Assembly (NCBI GenBank): GCA_051294375.1
Contig: CM119268.1
Coordinates: 22,819,427 to 22,883,426 of the forward strand
Origin: Paraspadella gotoi
Taxonomy: Eukaryota > Animalia > Chaetognatha
Direction of reading: 5' to 3'
Length of the DNA stretch: 64,000 nt
Shown: in pieces, positions 45,775-64,000 of the stretch
Layout of the letters: each line of letters begins with the position of its first letter
How positions within the stretch are numbered: the stretch's first letter is position 1
Position numbers and translations under genes: made by a program
Notes under the pieces: generated by a model
What the model was told of the DNA's origin: nothing
Database searches by the model: none
The model's input: only the letters and a program-made list of their open reading frames with translations

Positions 45775-48415
45775 ATGTCGTCTTCGTTGGTGAGGATGCC
45801 GTTCGCGTCCTGGATCTCCGTGGCAACCACGTCGGTGGGAAACTGTCTCTGCGCTTTCGGTAAGTTCAACCTTTGTTTTGAAGAGACAGTAATTATTGAT
45901 AAGTGTTAATGACAGAACCATTCAATATAAGCAGTTCCTGAGCTTCGGATCAGGCTGTAACACCATGTTACAGGCGGGTTAAGCGCCCCGTCCCTCTTAA
46001 CTGCCAGACGACCACCGGGCTAGAACCCCGGACCTTTGGGTTGGGAGGCGAATGACTTGCCTCCGGCACCAATGGCCGCTGATGAACGGTTGGTGGATTT
46101 TAGTCCACCATAGTTTAATATTATTAACTAATTATTTTGTTTCTTTTTTTTTTTGGGTTTATTTTCGCTCCAGACGAAGTCAACATCGAAGGTCGTCGGT
46201 TCGCGGTGAGAGAAAACATCGGCGAAGGCGGATTCTCCACCGTCGATCTCATTCAAGATAAACGGACGAGGGTGAGTTGGGTCTCTTCCTCCTCCTCCTC
46301 CTCCTCCCCTTTACTAACGATTGTCTCTTCCTCCTTCAGCGATACTACGTATTGAAACGCATCGTTTGTCACGGGAAAGACGACGAAGCCAAAGCGCTCA
46401 ACGAGGTCAAGGTCGGTCGAGTCCAGCCATTTAATATAATTATCATTGTTATTATTTTTAAATTTTAACGTTAACCATTAAAATATGTCCCTCCCCTTTT
46501 TTTTTTTCCTCAGTACCACGAGCGATTCAACACCGCCGACTGCGAAAACCTCATCCAAATGGAGTGCTTCGCCGTGAAGAAAAATAGAGAAGGGGGGAAG
46601 TCCTCAATTTCCTCCAGGGTTTTAATCGTTCTTCCTTACTACAGGCGAGCGAGTTGTGGATTCCTTTATTGTCCAATCAATTCTTTTTGTTCCTGTACTC
46701 ATTCATGTTCCTTCATATTCTTATTTCCTTCGTATTCCTTCAGTCATTCTTTCTGTCAGTCATTCATTCATTCATTCATTCATTGAATCATTCATCTATC
46801 CATCCATTCATCCATCCAGGAGAGGAACGTTGCAGAGCGAGTTGGAGTTTCGAAAATCGTCGTCGTCTTTCATCGAAGAATCGCGCGTTCTTCGTCTCTT
46901 TCTCGGGATTTGTCGAGGCGTCGCCGCCATCCACTCCCCGCCGCCGGAACTCGCCGGACGAAGGGCCGAGTGAGTTGGGGGGAGACGAACGGTGTACGCC
47001 GTTGGATGCAATTCTTCAATATTTTGATCTATAATTACTTATGATATGATACTGACATTGCTTTTTGCGTTCAACTTTAGAAATTGTTACGGCGCCATCG
47101 GCGCCGAGATCGATTTCGCTTCGGCCTTTCCTCCGGCGGTGGCGCATCGCGACGTCAAACCGGCCAACGTGTTGCTTAGCGACGACGACGTCCCCATCCT
47201 AATGGACTTTGGGTCCTGCGACGAGGCCAGAGTTAACGTCACCTCATCCAAAATGGCCGTCGCGTTGCAGGTGAGGAAAGCTGAAAAATAAGAGCGACGT
47301 TAGGTTTGTTTGTATGTAACTTTCGCGTAACATGTATTGAGTCCTGGGTTCGATTGTTGTTTGATTGTTTTATTTACGATGAATGACTATCATCGCGTCA
47401 ATGAATGACTTTCATCGTATCCATGAATGACTATCATCGCATCAATGAATGACTATCATCTTATCAATCCTTTTGTTATAAATCGCATCAATCCTTTGGT
47501 TATCATCGCATCAATCCTTTGGTTATCATCGCATCAATAATCAATTACTATTAAAGCAATAATCACTTACTATTACATCAATCAATCAATTACTATTACA
47601 TCAATAATTCGTTATCGCATCACTTTTTTTTATTTTTTTGATTTTTTCATTAATTTTCTTTGATAGTAACGTCTTGTGAGATCACTATACTTTTAGGATT
47701 TTTTTATTCCCAAGTGATACTGATAGAATTCATAATTAAAATCAATTTAAAACCGGTAGGATTCGGCAGCGGAGCGTTGCACGATGCCCTATCGCGCCCC
47801 GGAACTCTTCACAGTTTCTTCCCATTGCGTCGTCGACGAACGGACGGACGTTTGGTCTCTCGGATGCCTCCTCTACGCCCTTTGCTTTCTCGAAGGCCCC
47901 TTCGACAAGGCCTACCAGCGCGGGGACAGTCTCGCCCTCGCCGCGAACGCCGGAAAAATCTCCTTTCCAGGTTGAACGGAATGAAATAATAATATTTTAA
48001 TAATAATGTCTTTAGAGAAAAACAAAGTTATTAATTGTGGTACAACGAATTTAATTGGAGATACGGACATGTTTCGGCTCACATTTCTAATAATGTCTAA
48101 TAATAATGTCAAAAGTCGTTGGGAAGATAGTTGAATAGTTGTGATTTTTTTATCCAATTGAAACAGTTCATAGAAACATTGTGCCACATTATTGATAGGG
48201 AAGTCGGGAGTTAATAAACTGAACTTGAAAAATTTAATTTAAAAACAATAATTTTAATTATCTCTCTCATCCATTTAGACTCACCTCAATACTCGACTGG
48301 TTTAATCGGACTCATCAAGCAAACGATGAGGGTTTCGCCGTCGGAGCGACCTTTCGTGCAAGAAGTCATAGAGACGGTCACCAGATTGCAGCGTCAACTG
48401 GAAAAGAGATTGTGA
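45775..48415 (+). CDS. STK16: Serine/threonine kinase 16 (NAK family)
   Basis: Eight exons. Motifs IGEGGFSTVDL, YVLKRIVCH, LPYYRRGTL, AHRDVKPANVLL, ILMDFGS, AAERCTMPYRAPELF, DERTDVWSLGC and RGDSLALA. Confidence 0.93.
45915..46113 (-). mobile_element. tRNA-derived (Gly-like) structured repeat or SINE-like element in STK16 intron 1
   Basis: Minus strand 46079-46008 has acceptor stem GCGGCCA/TGGTCGT, A-box-like TGGTGCCGGAGG, TTCGCCTCCCA and T-arm CCGGG-GTTCTAG-CCCGG. The anticodon stem does not pair. Three hairpins follow. Second partial copy at 32995. Confidence 0.6.
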
Positions 48416-49161
48416 TGATGTACCCAGTTTCTTTCCTTACCCCCTCCTCTCCCTCGCACCCCTCACGTTGTACATCGAGTCATTATTTTTTACTGAGGAT
48501 AATTTTGTAGACAACCATTCCCTAAATTCTATATCAATTTTGATAATTAATGCGTTAATCATAGCTTGAGATATATAGCGTTAATTGCGATTTTTGCAAT
48601 TCACGAACTAGTCTACTACACCGATAAAACTAAATTTATAATATACATTTATTTAATCGTGCAATTTTTTAAACACTTGCTACTGGATTTAGCTTTTTTT
48701 TTTTACATTCACTTCCGAAATTTAGCCAGGCGACGAAGCGTTGAAAAAAGCCGGAACAAAAGCTCGCTATCATAAATCGTTCGTTTCGCATTAATATTCT
48801 TGAGGTTAATCTTTAAGTTGGGGAAACTCGGATGGAAAGAGAGAGAAGCTCCGATCAATTGAAAAATTGAAAAGGTTCATCGCGAAACTGTGAACTGAGA
48901 AGTCACTTGATCCAAGACATCGATTTCGATCCTTTTTTCTTGAAATCAATTTTCACCAATTGACGCAATATCATTGTCCTTTGAGGACGCGGACAACTTT
49001 TTCTTTCCACGATAACAACAACAACAACGCCACGAAACGATTCGTCCTCGCGTATTCTCTATTTGAATTTAGTATCTCATTTTAATTAAATAGTTTTCTT
49101 TTAACAAAAAGCAAAATATCTATTGAGAAAAAACTGAAACTGACCCTTGAGATCTCAAATA

Positions 49162-50846
49162 ATGGCCGCCGCCGCCGCATCGGGATCCTTCAAACGAAAG
49201 CGGACGTCGCGTCCCGACGACGACGACGACGACAGCGACGAGGGTTCTCGCGACACTCCATCTATGTCAGATTATACCGATGAAGAGGAGGCGAGTCACC
49301 CCAAGAAGAGAAGGGCCTCTTTTAAACCTGGTAAGTTCCGACTGAGGTAAGGCTTTAGATACTGCCGGTAATAATGTTTCTATTATTTTTATATTCATTT
49401 TCTCTCTCTCTCTCTCTCTCATATCAGGAAAAATCCTTTACGCCCGACAATTTTTGGAGCGGACTAGTGAATCGTCCCCTCCATCCCGCGCCGGTGGCCA
49501 GAGAAGGTCCCCGCGAGGCCACGCCGGTGGCCAGAGAACGTCCCCGCGAGGCCACGCCGGTGGCCAGAGAACGTCCCCGCGAGGCCACGCCGGTGGCCAG
49601 AGAACGTCCCCGCGAGGCCACGCCGGTGTGGAAGTGTCAGCGGCGCGAACCGGCGCCGACGCAGAAGGGTCAACAACGCGAGGCGGCGCCGGTGTCAAGC
49701 GACTCGCATCGGGTCGGGGATCGGCGTCGCAAACCGAAGAAGACAAGGAGAACAACAACAACAACTCTGAAGCGGAGGACCTCAACTCTGACTTCCCGCA
49801 ACAGACTTTCATTTCTCGAAAATCGCGTCGATCCACGATCGATGGCGGGAGTCAGAGTGGAAGTGAGGAGGAGGAGGAGGAGGAGGAGGAGAAAGAGGCT
49901 GGAACGAGCAGAGCTTTTAATCTGACCGACGTCTTCGAGTCCGGGTTTGTTTGATATGCTGACGTTGTCATTACTGAGATGGTTTCAGTTTAATTGAGAG
50001 ACTTATGATTTAAAATACAAAGCTCGAAAGGAGGCGGGGGGAGGAAGTCGACGACGGCCCAGTCAAGAAAGACGACGGCGGCGGCAGGGACGGCTGCGAC
50101 GACGAAGACATCGAAGAAACAAAATAGAAAGCAGACGACGCCCAAGCAGTCGACAAACCTAACGTCCACGCGAAAGACCACAACTGCGACCACACCGCCA
50201 ACCACAACCGCGGCTTCGGCGGCGGCGCAGTCTCGGCGACGCGACACGACGAACGGACCTCAAAAGAAGCATCGTTATCGCCCGGGAACGAAGGCGCTCA
50301 AGGAAATCCGCAAATATCAGAAAAGCACCGATCTCCTCATTCGCAAACTCCCCTTCCAACGCCTCGTCAAGTCCATTTCCGATGCCATTTTTAGAGTTCA
50401 ATTCAGGTTGTCACAGCGGAGCCTGTATGATGCTGCTGAATGCTGCTGCTTTTTTTTTAAATCGATTTTAAAAATGCAGAAGCATAATTATAATAAAGTT
50501 GTTTTTTGTATGAAGGCTGATATAGAAGATAATGGTTAAATATTGCCAGGTTTCGTGTACAAATTGAATATTCTAGATGAATAGCTGTGAATAGAGTTTG
50601 TCCTACAGCTCGAACGATTGTTGACAATTTTGCGCGGAAACTGTCGACTTTGCGTGACTCATTACTTGACATATCTCCTTCAGGTGGCAGTCCTCCGCCA
50701 TCCTCGCCCTTCAAGAAGCCTCGGAGAGTTATTTGACGACACTCTTCGAACACGCCAACTTGTGCGCGCTCCACGCCAAACGCGTGACCATCATGCCCAA
50801 GGACATTTTCTTGGCCAAACGCATTCGTGGAGAGCCGTCTGATTGA
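49162..50846 (+). CDS. Divergent histone H3 variant, CENP-A/cenH3-like, 410 aa with a ~310-aa N-terminal tail
   Basis: Exons 49162-49330, 49428-49944, 50023-50406, 50684-50846. Histone fold [97 protein letters not shown]. Confidence 0.8.
49489..49628 (+). repeat. Coding 33-bp minisatellite ([11 protein letters not shown], ~4 copies) in the H3-variant tail
   Basis: CGCCGGTGGCCAGAGAACGTCCCCGCGAGGCCA is repeated nearly perfectly. Confidence 0.9.
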
Positions 50847-51047
50847 GACGATTTTTTCGATCCCATTGATACATCGATAAATACATTAATACCATGTCGG
50901 CCTTGTCATGTGATTTCTCGTAGTCTTCGCGAATCATAGGAAAGCCAACAAGGTCCGTCTATAGTTCTATTACGTTGATGATACTAGAAATCTACTATGA
51001 TGCTATCATATTTTTCACATACTTCAAAATATCGAAAAAAGAATTAC

Positions 51048-51718
51048 ATTATAAAATGTGGTACCCCTTTTTTGTGACCAGAACTCGTTCCGAGAAAACT
51101 ACTGGACCAAATTTATTGAAATTTGGAATGAACGATCCCTCTGTGAATACTAATAAAACTATCGAGGCGAATTTCAATATTTGACCGTTGAGCCGAGATA
51201 TGGGCCCCCGGGGGGGTCACCCATGGTGGCAAAAAATGGTCAAAAATTGTTTTCAAATTTTTTTATTATTTTTGTTTTGAACAGTCGCACAGACGTTTAC
51301 TCTTCCACAAAAACGTATTTTTACCTCAAAAATATTCATTTACTTTAATTTTTAGCTTCATGAACATCAGCAGTTGAAGTCAGATTTGGAATAATTTGGG
51401 AAAATTGGAAGTAAAACGATGAATCATGCATCTTCAACCATGCTTAATTATTGCAAATTTATCAATTTTATTTCTAAAATGTTTTTTTCTTATGTTTAAA
51501 ACGTCAATGCTACAAAAAAAATTTAGCATTTTTTGGCCCCCCAGGGGTCCACCCCCAGGGCCCTGTATCTCTGGTCAGGGGTTGAATATCAAAATTCGCC
51601 TTGATAGTTCCATTTATATAGTCATTAGCACTCTAAATGTAAAATTTCATTAAATTTGATCAGGTAGTTTGGTGGGAACAGATTCTGGTCACAAAAAAGG
51701 GGTACCACATTTTATAAT
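51048..51718. mobile_element. MITE with long imperfect terminal inverted repeats
   Basis: ATTATAAAATGTGGTACCCCTTTTTTGTGACCAGAA starting at 51048 is the exact reverse complement of 51683-51718; weaker pairing continues ~150 bp inward. Non-coding. Confidence 0.85.
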
Positions 51719-53106
51719 ATAAAGCCTTCTGTATACTTTGTGTAGACAACTTTTTGCAAGCTACCTGAATCTGACCTTAAAAATAAAAAAATCCCAAAAA
51801 AATTTTTAGCCTTTCCTATTAATAAATAAATATTAAAATATGGAGTATGACACAATGAAAAATGGCGTAACGTTACTGTTCCGTGCATAAAGAAAATTCA
51901 CTGCTCAATATTATTATATTTCTTTTTATTTTTTGAAACGTTATAGTTTCATATGTTGATATACAAAATATCAATGCAAAATCTTTTTTTGTTTTTTAGA
52001 TATGACTGAATATAGGGTGAAAGATGATAATTTTTTTTAAAAAGTTCTTTATATTTATTCCTAGAATTGTAATAGAAAAAAGTATAAAAAATTAATAGTA
52101 CCAATAGTTATGGGTTAGGTTAGTTAATAGTTATGTCTCAAATAGATAGGGAAAAAAACCTCATTTAAAAATTCGATCGGGAAGTAGGGTAACTAAGGCT
52201 TAACAATTGCACCCTCCACGCCGATTATATATCTATATCAAGTTATATAATTTTTCTTTATCAATACATCTTGAAAAGAGCGATAAAAAAGAAATTTGGA
52301 ATGCAGGTTGCAGAAAAGGGACAAAGATATCTGGACTTACCAATGATAACCATGACCTTTTAATATCTTAGTTGAAATGCGGGGGCAGTTAAAGAAATCT
52401 AAAAAAATTCGATCATTAAATCAGTCAATGAACCCTTTCCATGGGCTATATGAGAAATATTTTTTTTAATTAAAATGGATGATAAAATAAAGAATTAAAT
52501 TCCTTGCTATATTCAAAGAAAAAAATTATCAATACAATTTAATACAATGATGTCTTGCTTGTCAAATATGTTGCCAGCTATGTAATTTTTTTTAAAACTT
52601 TATTATGATAAACAAGCAGTGTGTCAAGCTTTTTGTTGCAGTTAAAAATAATGAAAAATGACGATTTTTTTTACAGACAAGAAGGGAAACGTCCAGACTG
52701 TTTATATCAAGCTGAAAACATTTTTGTATTTATCATTTTTCATATTAAAAGACATTTTATCAAGCTACAACAAAAATAACATTAACATTAACTGAAAAAT
52801 ATAAGCTATTTTTTTAAATAAAGAAAATTTTATAGTAATCAAAATGTAATTCAGTCTTTTCTTTTTCAAATTACAAAAGAAAAATAAAAAAATTCATATG
52901 CCTTCATTGAAATTTTTAAAGCAAAAAACTGTTATACTTTTAACTCTAATTTAAACAAAAGCTGTGTAAAGATTATGAATTTAATAAAACTCATTTAAAA
53001 AAGTTATTTAAAAAAAACTTTTTTTAAACTACGCAGTACAAAGCTCTGTTAAATAAAAATTTTGGCAAAGCGGGAGTATCTCACTTATTTCTATTGGTAC
53101 AATACT

Positions 53107-56100
53107 TAAATTCTATCATGTAGTTCTTCCCCACCAACAAGTGAGCATCTGCTCAGCAAACGCGACATCTCCCGAGAGAAAAACGAAAGAGGAAACCTCC
53201 TCTTCCCCGCCTTCTCTTCCCCCTCCCGTACGCTACCTCAGTACGCCGACACGAGACAGAATCACTTCTTCTGTTCGCGCTTTTGCGCTCACAGTCTCCC
53301 CGCTTTTTACGAAAATATTTTTTGATTATTTTTTGAATAATTTTGCATATTTTTTGTTCCTTTTTTTTTTTTTTTTTGGAGTTCAGAATCAGATATTCTT
53401 TGACACGTGGCTTTGAAGTTTCTCTTCACGGCCGCCATCTTTTTCGTCTTCGTTCTTGTGCGTGGCTTCGGAGGGAAGAGCCTTGACTCGGCCCTTTCGC
53501 TTGCCCTCGACGCACCCTGCGCGGCTGCGGAGGAAGAGCCGCGACTCGGCCCTCTCGTTTGCCCACGGCGCTTAGTACGGCTGCAGGGGGGAAGAACCTT
53601 GTTTCGGCCCCTTGTTTGTCCAGTGCTCTCCGTTTTTTGGACTGAGGCGCGTGTTTTCAACTCGACTACCCTCGTGTCTCTTCCGCCGCCGCCTTCGCCG
53701 CCGCCTCCACCGCCTCCACCATCAGCCATTCCGGGCTTTTCTGGTCAGGCCGAAGTCATGCCCCTTCAGATGGAGGCAGTTCTCCAAATTAGCAACGCTC
53801 TTTCTAGCGTTCGTCGCGAATTTAGGGAGTTTCGCCGCCTCGTCTCGTTCCGAATTGGAGAGTCTTCGGCGGTGAGTTCTTCTTTCTTTTCGTTTTGTTT
53901 TTCGCCTTTTTTTGGCGGTACATTTCGGCGTACAGAGGGGTTTTCCTCCTGTGCCCCACCTAACTCGACTTTGTTTGTTTGTTTTTTGTCGGGCCTTCGC
54001 CTGGTCTTGTTACAGGCCACTTGTTTGGGGGAAGAACTACATGATAGAATTTATGGTTCCAAGTGGAACCGGGATTCTTCATGGTTCTTCCCCACCAACA
54101 ACCACCCACCGTCCATCCTGGCACCACGGTAGTGGAGGGCGGCTCAGGCTCGCTTGTCTTGTTTGGTGGGGTGTTTTTTGGGTTCTTTTTTGAGACTGTC
54201 ATTTTCAATGATTTCTCTTTTTTTCCATGTACGTTTTCTTTATGGTTCTTGGACGCCTCTGTTCGCCATTTCGCCGTTCTTCGTCGGTCTTCGTTGTACG
54301 CCAGGGACTTGGAGTCTTCGCGTTCTTTGGCGCCTCTTCGGCGGCGGATCGGCCTTCAGCCTCCGAGCGGTGACTGCGTCACGCCTTCCTCGTTGAGCCC
54401 CATCTGCGCAAGTCGACGAAGACGCCTCCGTTCTGCTGCGGGTTGGACAACTTCTTGTCTCGTCGTGCTTCTGTATAAGCCTTCGGAGTGGTCCTACAGC
54501 AGTGGAGGGTTTTGCGCAGAGTTGGCCAGGACGACTTCTTTACCGTCGTGGGACGTTCTTTCCGCTATACACGTTTCCGGCTGGAGAAAGCGATGCCTTT
54601 TTATTCGCGTATAATTATTTAGTTTCGTTAGATCGATAGAATCATTTGTTTCCGTTGAATATCTGAATTTACTCTCCCCGCGATCAGCTGTTGCGAGAGC
54701 TAACGAACGAGCGTGTTTCAGTTTAATCTTTCACAAGTCTTTTACTCTCAATTCAAACACGTGTGTAAAATGAAAAGGAAAATACTTTAAATAATGTTTT
54801 GTACTACTTTACTGCCAATGTTTTATTCTCTATTCTGGAACCCAAATTGAAGGTTAGTTTACATTGGATTTATATTGAATTGTACTTAGGTTATATATGT
54901 TTACTTATAAGTTTAAGGTTTAAAGTTTATTTAATACTAATTTGGCATTGTCTATTTTTTGTAGTTTTAACCTCCCACTTGCCTCTCCTTGAACACCACC
55001 TCCTTCTTGCCTACCTGTCCTTCTACATTGCTTACCATGAATATTTGTACCTGAGATTGGAAATTGTATTATCTCAAAATGTGGTTACTATTTCTGCTTT
55101 ATTACATGGTTCTAAGAATATAAGGTTATAGTTAAGGTGTTTTACATGTTAGAACTGTTTGGTTTCCAAAGATACTTATTTGAAGCAATTGAACACGGAT
55201 TTGAATTCAATAATTAATTAGGCACAAATTAAGGCACTCTAGAAGAATAGAGATGAAACTTAGATTTGTTTTACTTGCGATAATCTCGGATTATCTAGGT
55301 CGCGCGTTAAGAAGCGCTTCACCGGCGCTGGTCGGATGTCTCTTCGCCGGCGGATTTCGTCCTCCTGCTCAAGAAGAGTTTGCCTTGCCGCTCAGTTCGA
55401 CGCCGTTCGGAAGGACTCCAAGACGACACGCGCTTTCAAGGCTTTGAGCGCATCATGAGGGACGCCGGAGCGTCCGCTCATGCTGTCCTTTCTGTCGCTG
55501 ACGCTCTCCGCCTCATGGTTGAGGCCCTTCGCTCGGAGGGGCCCGGTGCAGTGGACGCAGGCCACCTTGACGATCTTGCCAAGCCCCTTAGAGACGCCTC
55601 GTCGGGTTTTGGCGGCGATTTTGGCCCTCTCCGAGTCTCGGCGCTTAGTTGTCGACGCTGCCCCTTCGGATCTCAAGACAGTTCTGTCCAGTTCTCCGCC
55701 CTCCACGTCGTTCTTTTTCGGGAGACCGCTCCACAGACGTCACTCTAGCGTTCCATTCTTCGCTTCTCCGCTCCGGGCGGCCTCACTATTGCGCACAGTT
55801 CTGTTAGCCGCAAGCATGGGCGTGGCAGTCCGCGGTAATCCCGCTCGCCGTCCCTACTGGCCTCGCAAGTTTTCGCCGCCTCCCAAGCGTAGGGGCGGGA
55901 CTCCAGGGACGTCAAGGACGCCACTGATGCCCGACAGCTCTTTCGGCCGTTGCTTCGTCCGGCCGTCAGTTTCTCCAGACCCGGTTTTCGTCCATGGACT
56001 GGTTCTTTTGCGGTTTCTCATCCCCCCCTTCTACGACGTCCGGTCAAGTGGGCGTGGCACGTCACCGGAAGTCTTCGCGGGATTCCCCCCTCTTGGTTTG

Positions 56101-56289
56101 CTTGGTTACGAGTGATTCTGTCTCGTGTCGGCGTACTGAGGTAGCGTACGGAGGGGGAAGAGAAGGCGGGGAAGAAGAGGTTTCCTCTTTCGTTTTCTCT
56201 CGGGAGATGTCGCGTTTGCTGAGCAGATGCTCACTGTTTGGTGGGGAAAGACCATGAAGAATCCCGGTTCCACTTGGAACCATAAATTT
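53107..56289. mobile_element. Non-autonomous DIRS1-like (tyrosine-recombinase retrotransposon) element
   Basis: Inverted terminal repeats at 53107-53265 and 56112-56289 have non-identical outer extensions. The internal segment 54018-54100 is complementary to both outer ends joined (ICR). Both termini share a TAAATT core. No intact RT, RNaseH or YR ORF. Confidence 0.8.
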
Positions 56290-57190
56290 CAAAAATAAAA
56301 CTTGAAGAAAATTTTTTCGTCATTAAGAGACATATCACTTTCAGATGTACCCTTCGTATAACAATTGATTTATTTATTTCCCCAAAAAAGCCTAATTAGA
56401 AAAGTTAAAATTTTTTAAAATTGTTGAAAAAAAAATTTGTCCAACCTATGCTCATTGAGAATAATGGTTTTGCATAGAAAATCAAAATATCAAAAAAATA
56501 AAAAAATCAGCCTCTAGAAAAATTGAAAGGCTAGAGGCTGATTTTTTTAGAATTGCAAAATTGTTTTCCTTACTCGAAATCCATTATTCGCAAGTTTCAA
56601 AATATTTTTTTCCAAAAATATTCAATCAATTTTTTTTAATTAATTTTAAATGTTTTTATGAGGTTGTTTTTGTTTGAAAGAATTGAAAAAAAGTGAAAAA
56701 TATAGTAATTATATAAGGTTTTTGAAAATACCTCTAAACATGGAGTAATATTAAAAAATTTTGTCTATTCAAATTTTTTTAAAAATGTCTCAATTTTCGT
56801 TTGAGCAGGTGCTTCATTCAAAGTTCTTAACCACCTTAATGAGTTAGTCTCCCCATTTATACATTGATTCGTCAAAAAGACGACAACCAAAATTTACCTT
56901 TTTATATAATGTTTTTGTTTTTAATGTTTTAATAGATTTTTATCATTTCAAAATCTAGACACTTTATCGTTAACGTTTTTAAACGTTGCTAAAAAATATA
57001 TATATATATAAAAAAAATTATATATAAAATTTAAATTTTAAACGTTCTTGAACGTTGTATTTTATAGTTTCATATGAATTATTTCATAATATTTTATTCA
57101 TGAGTCCATTTAAACGGTAGTGTCTTTTGTTTTTGTTGAATTTTAATAATTAGTTTTTACTTTTGAATTAAAAAATAATAATGTTGCTTC

Positions 57191-57225
<35 letters not shown>

Positions 57226-57447
57226 AGAATTTGATTAGGGTTAGACTTTCCTTTTCGTCGCATTTTTTTTTATCTGGTTATACGTAGGTTTACGTATTAA
57301 ATTTAATGTTTGATAACAATAATAATCTCGAGGAAAGAATGTTTCCTTCTCAAAGGGCAGAGAGACCCTTTTTTCATTGTTACTTTTTTTTGTAGAAGTA
57401 CAAATGAAACAAAAAATCACGTTTTTTTTTAAATTTTAAAAGCGAAA

Positions 57448-63976
<6,529 letters not shown>

Positions 63977-64000
63977 ACTTATAATTATATTCTTCATTTA

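Noticed and set aside
46008-46079. Functional tRNA-Gly gene
   Set aside because: The anticodon stem does not pair, the T-loop is atypical and a truncated second copy exists, so it is treated as a tRNA-derived repeat.
49374-49925. 183-aa ORF with [11 protein letters not shown] repeats
   Set aside because: It is an alternative frame of the H3-variant exon 2; splice phases select the [11 protein letters not shown] frame.
56500-56548. Perfect hairpin AAAAAATCAGCCTCTAG...CTAGAGGCTGATTTTTT resembling an intrinsic terminator
   Set aside because: Eukaryotic intergenic context; more likely the centre of a decayed palindromic MITE whose ends could not be defined.

Overview
This is eukaryotic (invertebrate animal-like) genomic DNA with CpG-rich exons, short AT-rich introns and high gene density; the taxon cannot be assigned from the sequence alone. 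Manual splicing gives 16 protein-coding genes, 14 of them on the + strand. In order: a 5'-truncated disordered protein, SNRPC, CAPZB, PP1-beta, a divergent innexin/pannexin, a stand-alone discoidin-domain protein, a PRMT5 paralog, UAP56/DDX39B (-), a TEDC2-like gene, NOL10, TVP23, an SLC36/AAAP amino-acid transporter (hosting a nested antisense gene and carrying two alternative last exons), STK16, a very long-tailed CENP-A-like H3 and a five-finger matrin-type zinc-finger protein. Mobile DNA includes a non-autonomous DIRS-like element (ITRs plus ICR), a Mutator-like foldback, a hAT-like element, a MITE and a tRNA-derived repeat. The most notable observations are the PRMT5 paralog with an intact ORF but degenerate catalytic and SAM-binding motifs (candidate pseudo-enzyme), the nested gene, the ~410-aa cenH3, operon-like spacing with unpaired splice acceptors, frequent GC-AG introns and a dispersed intronic octamer/hairpin repeat. 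All homology calls come from manual translation and recalled family motifs; no searches were run.
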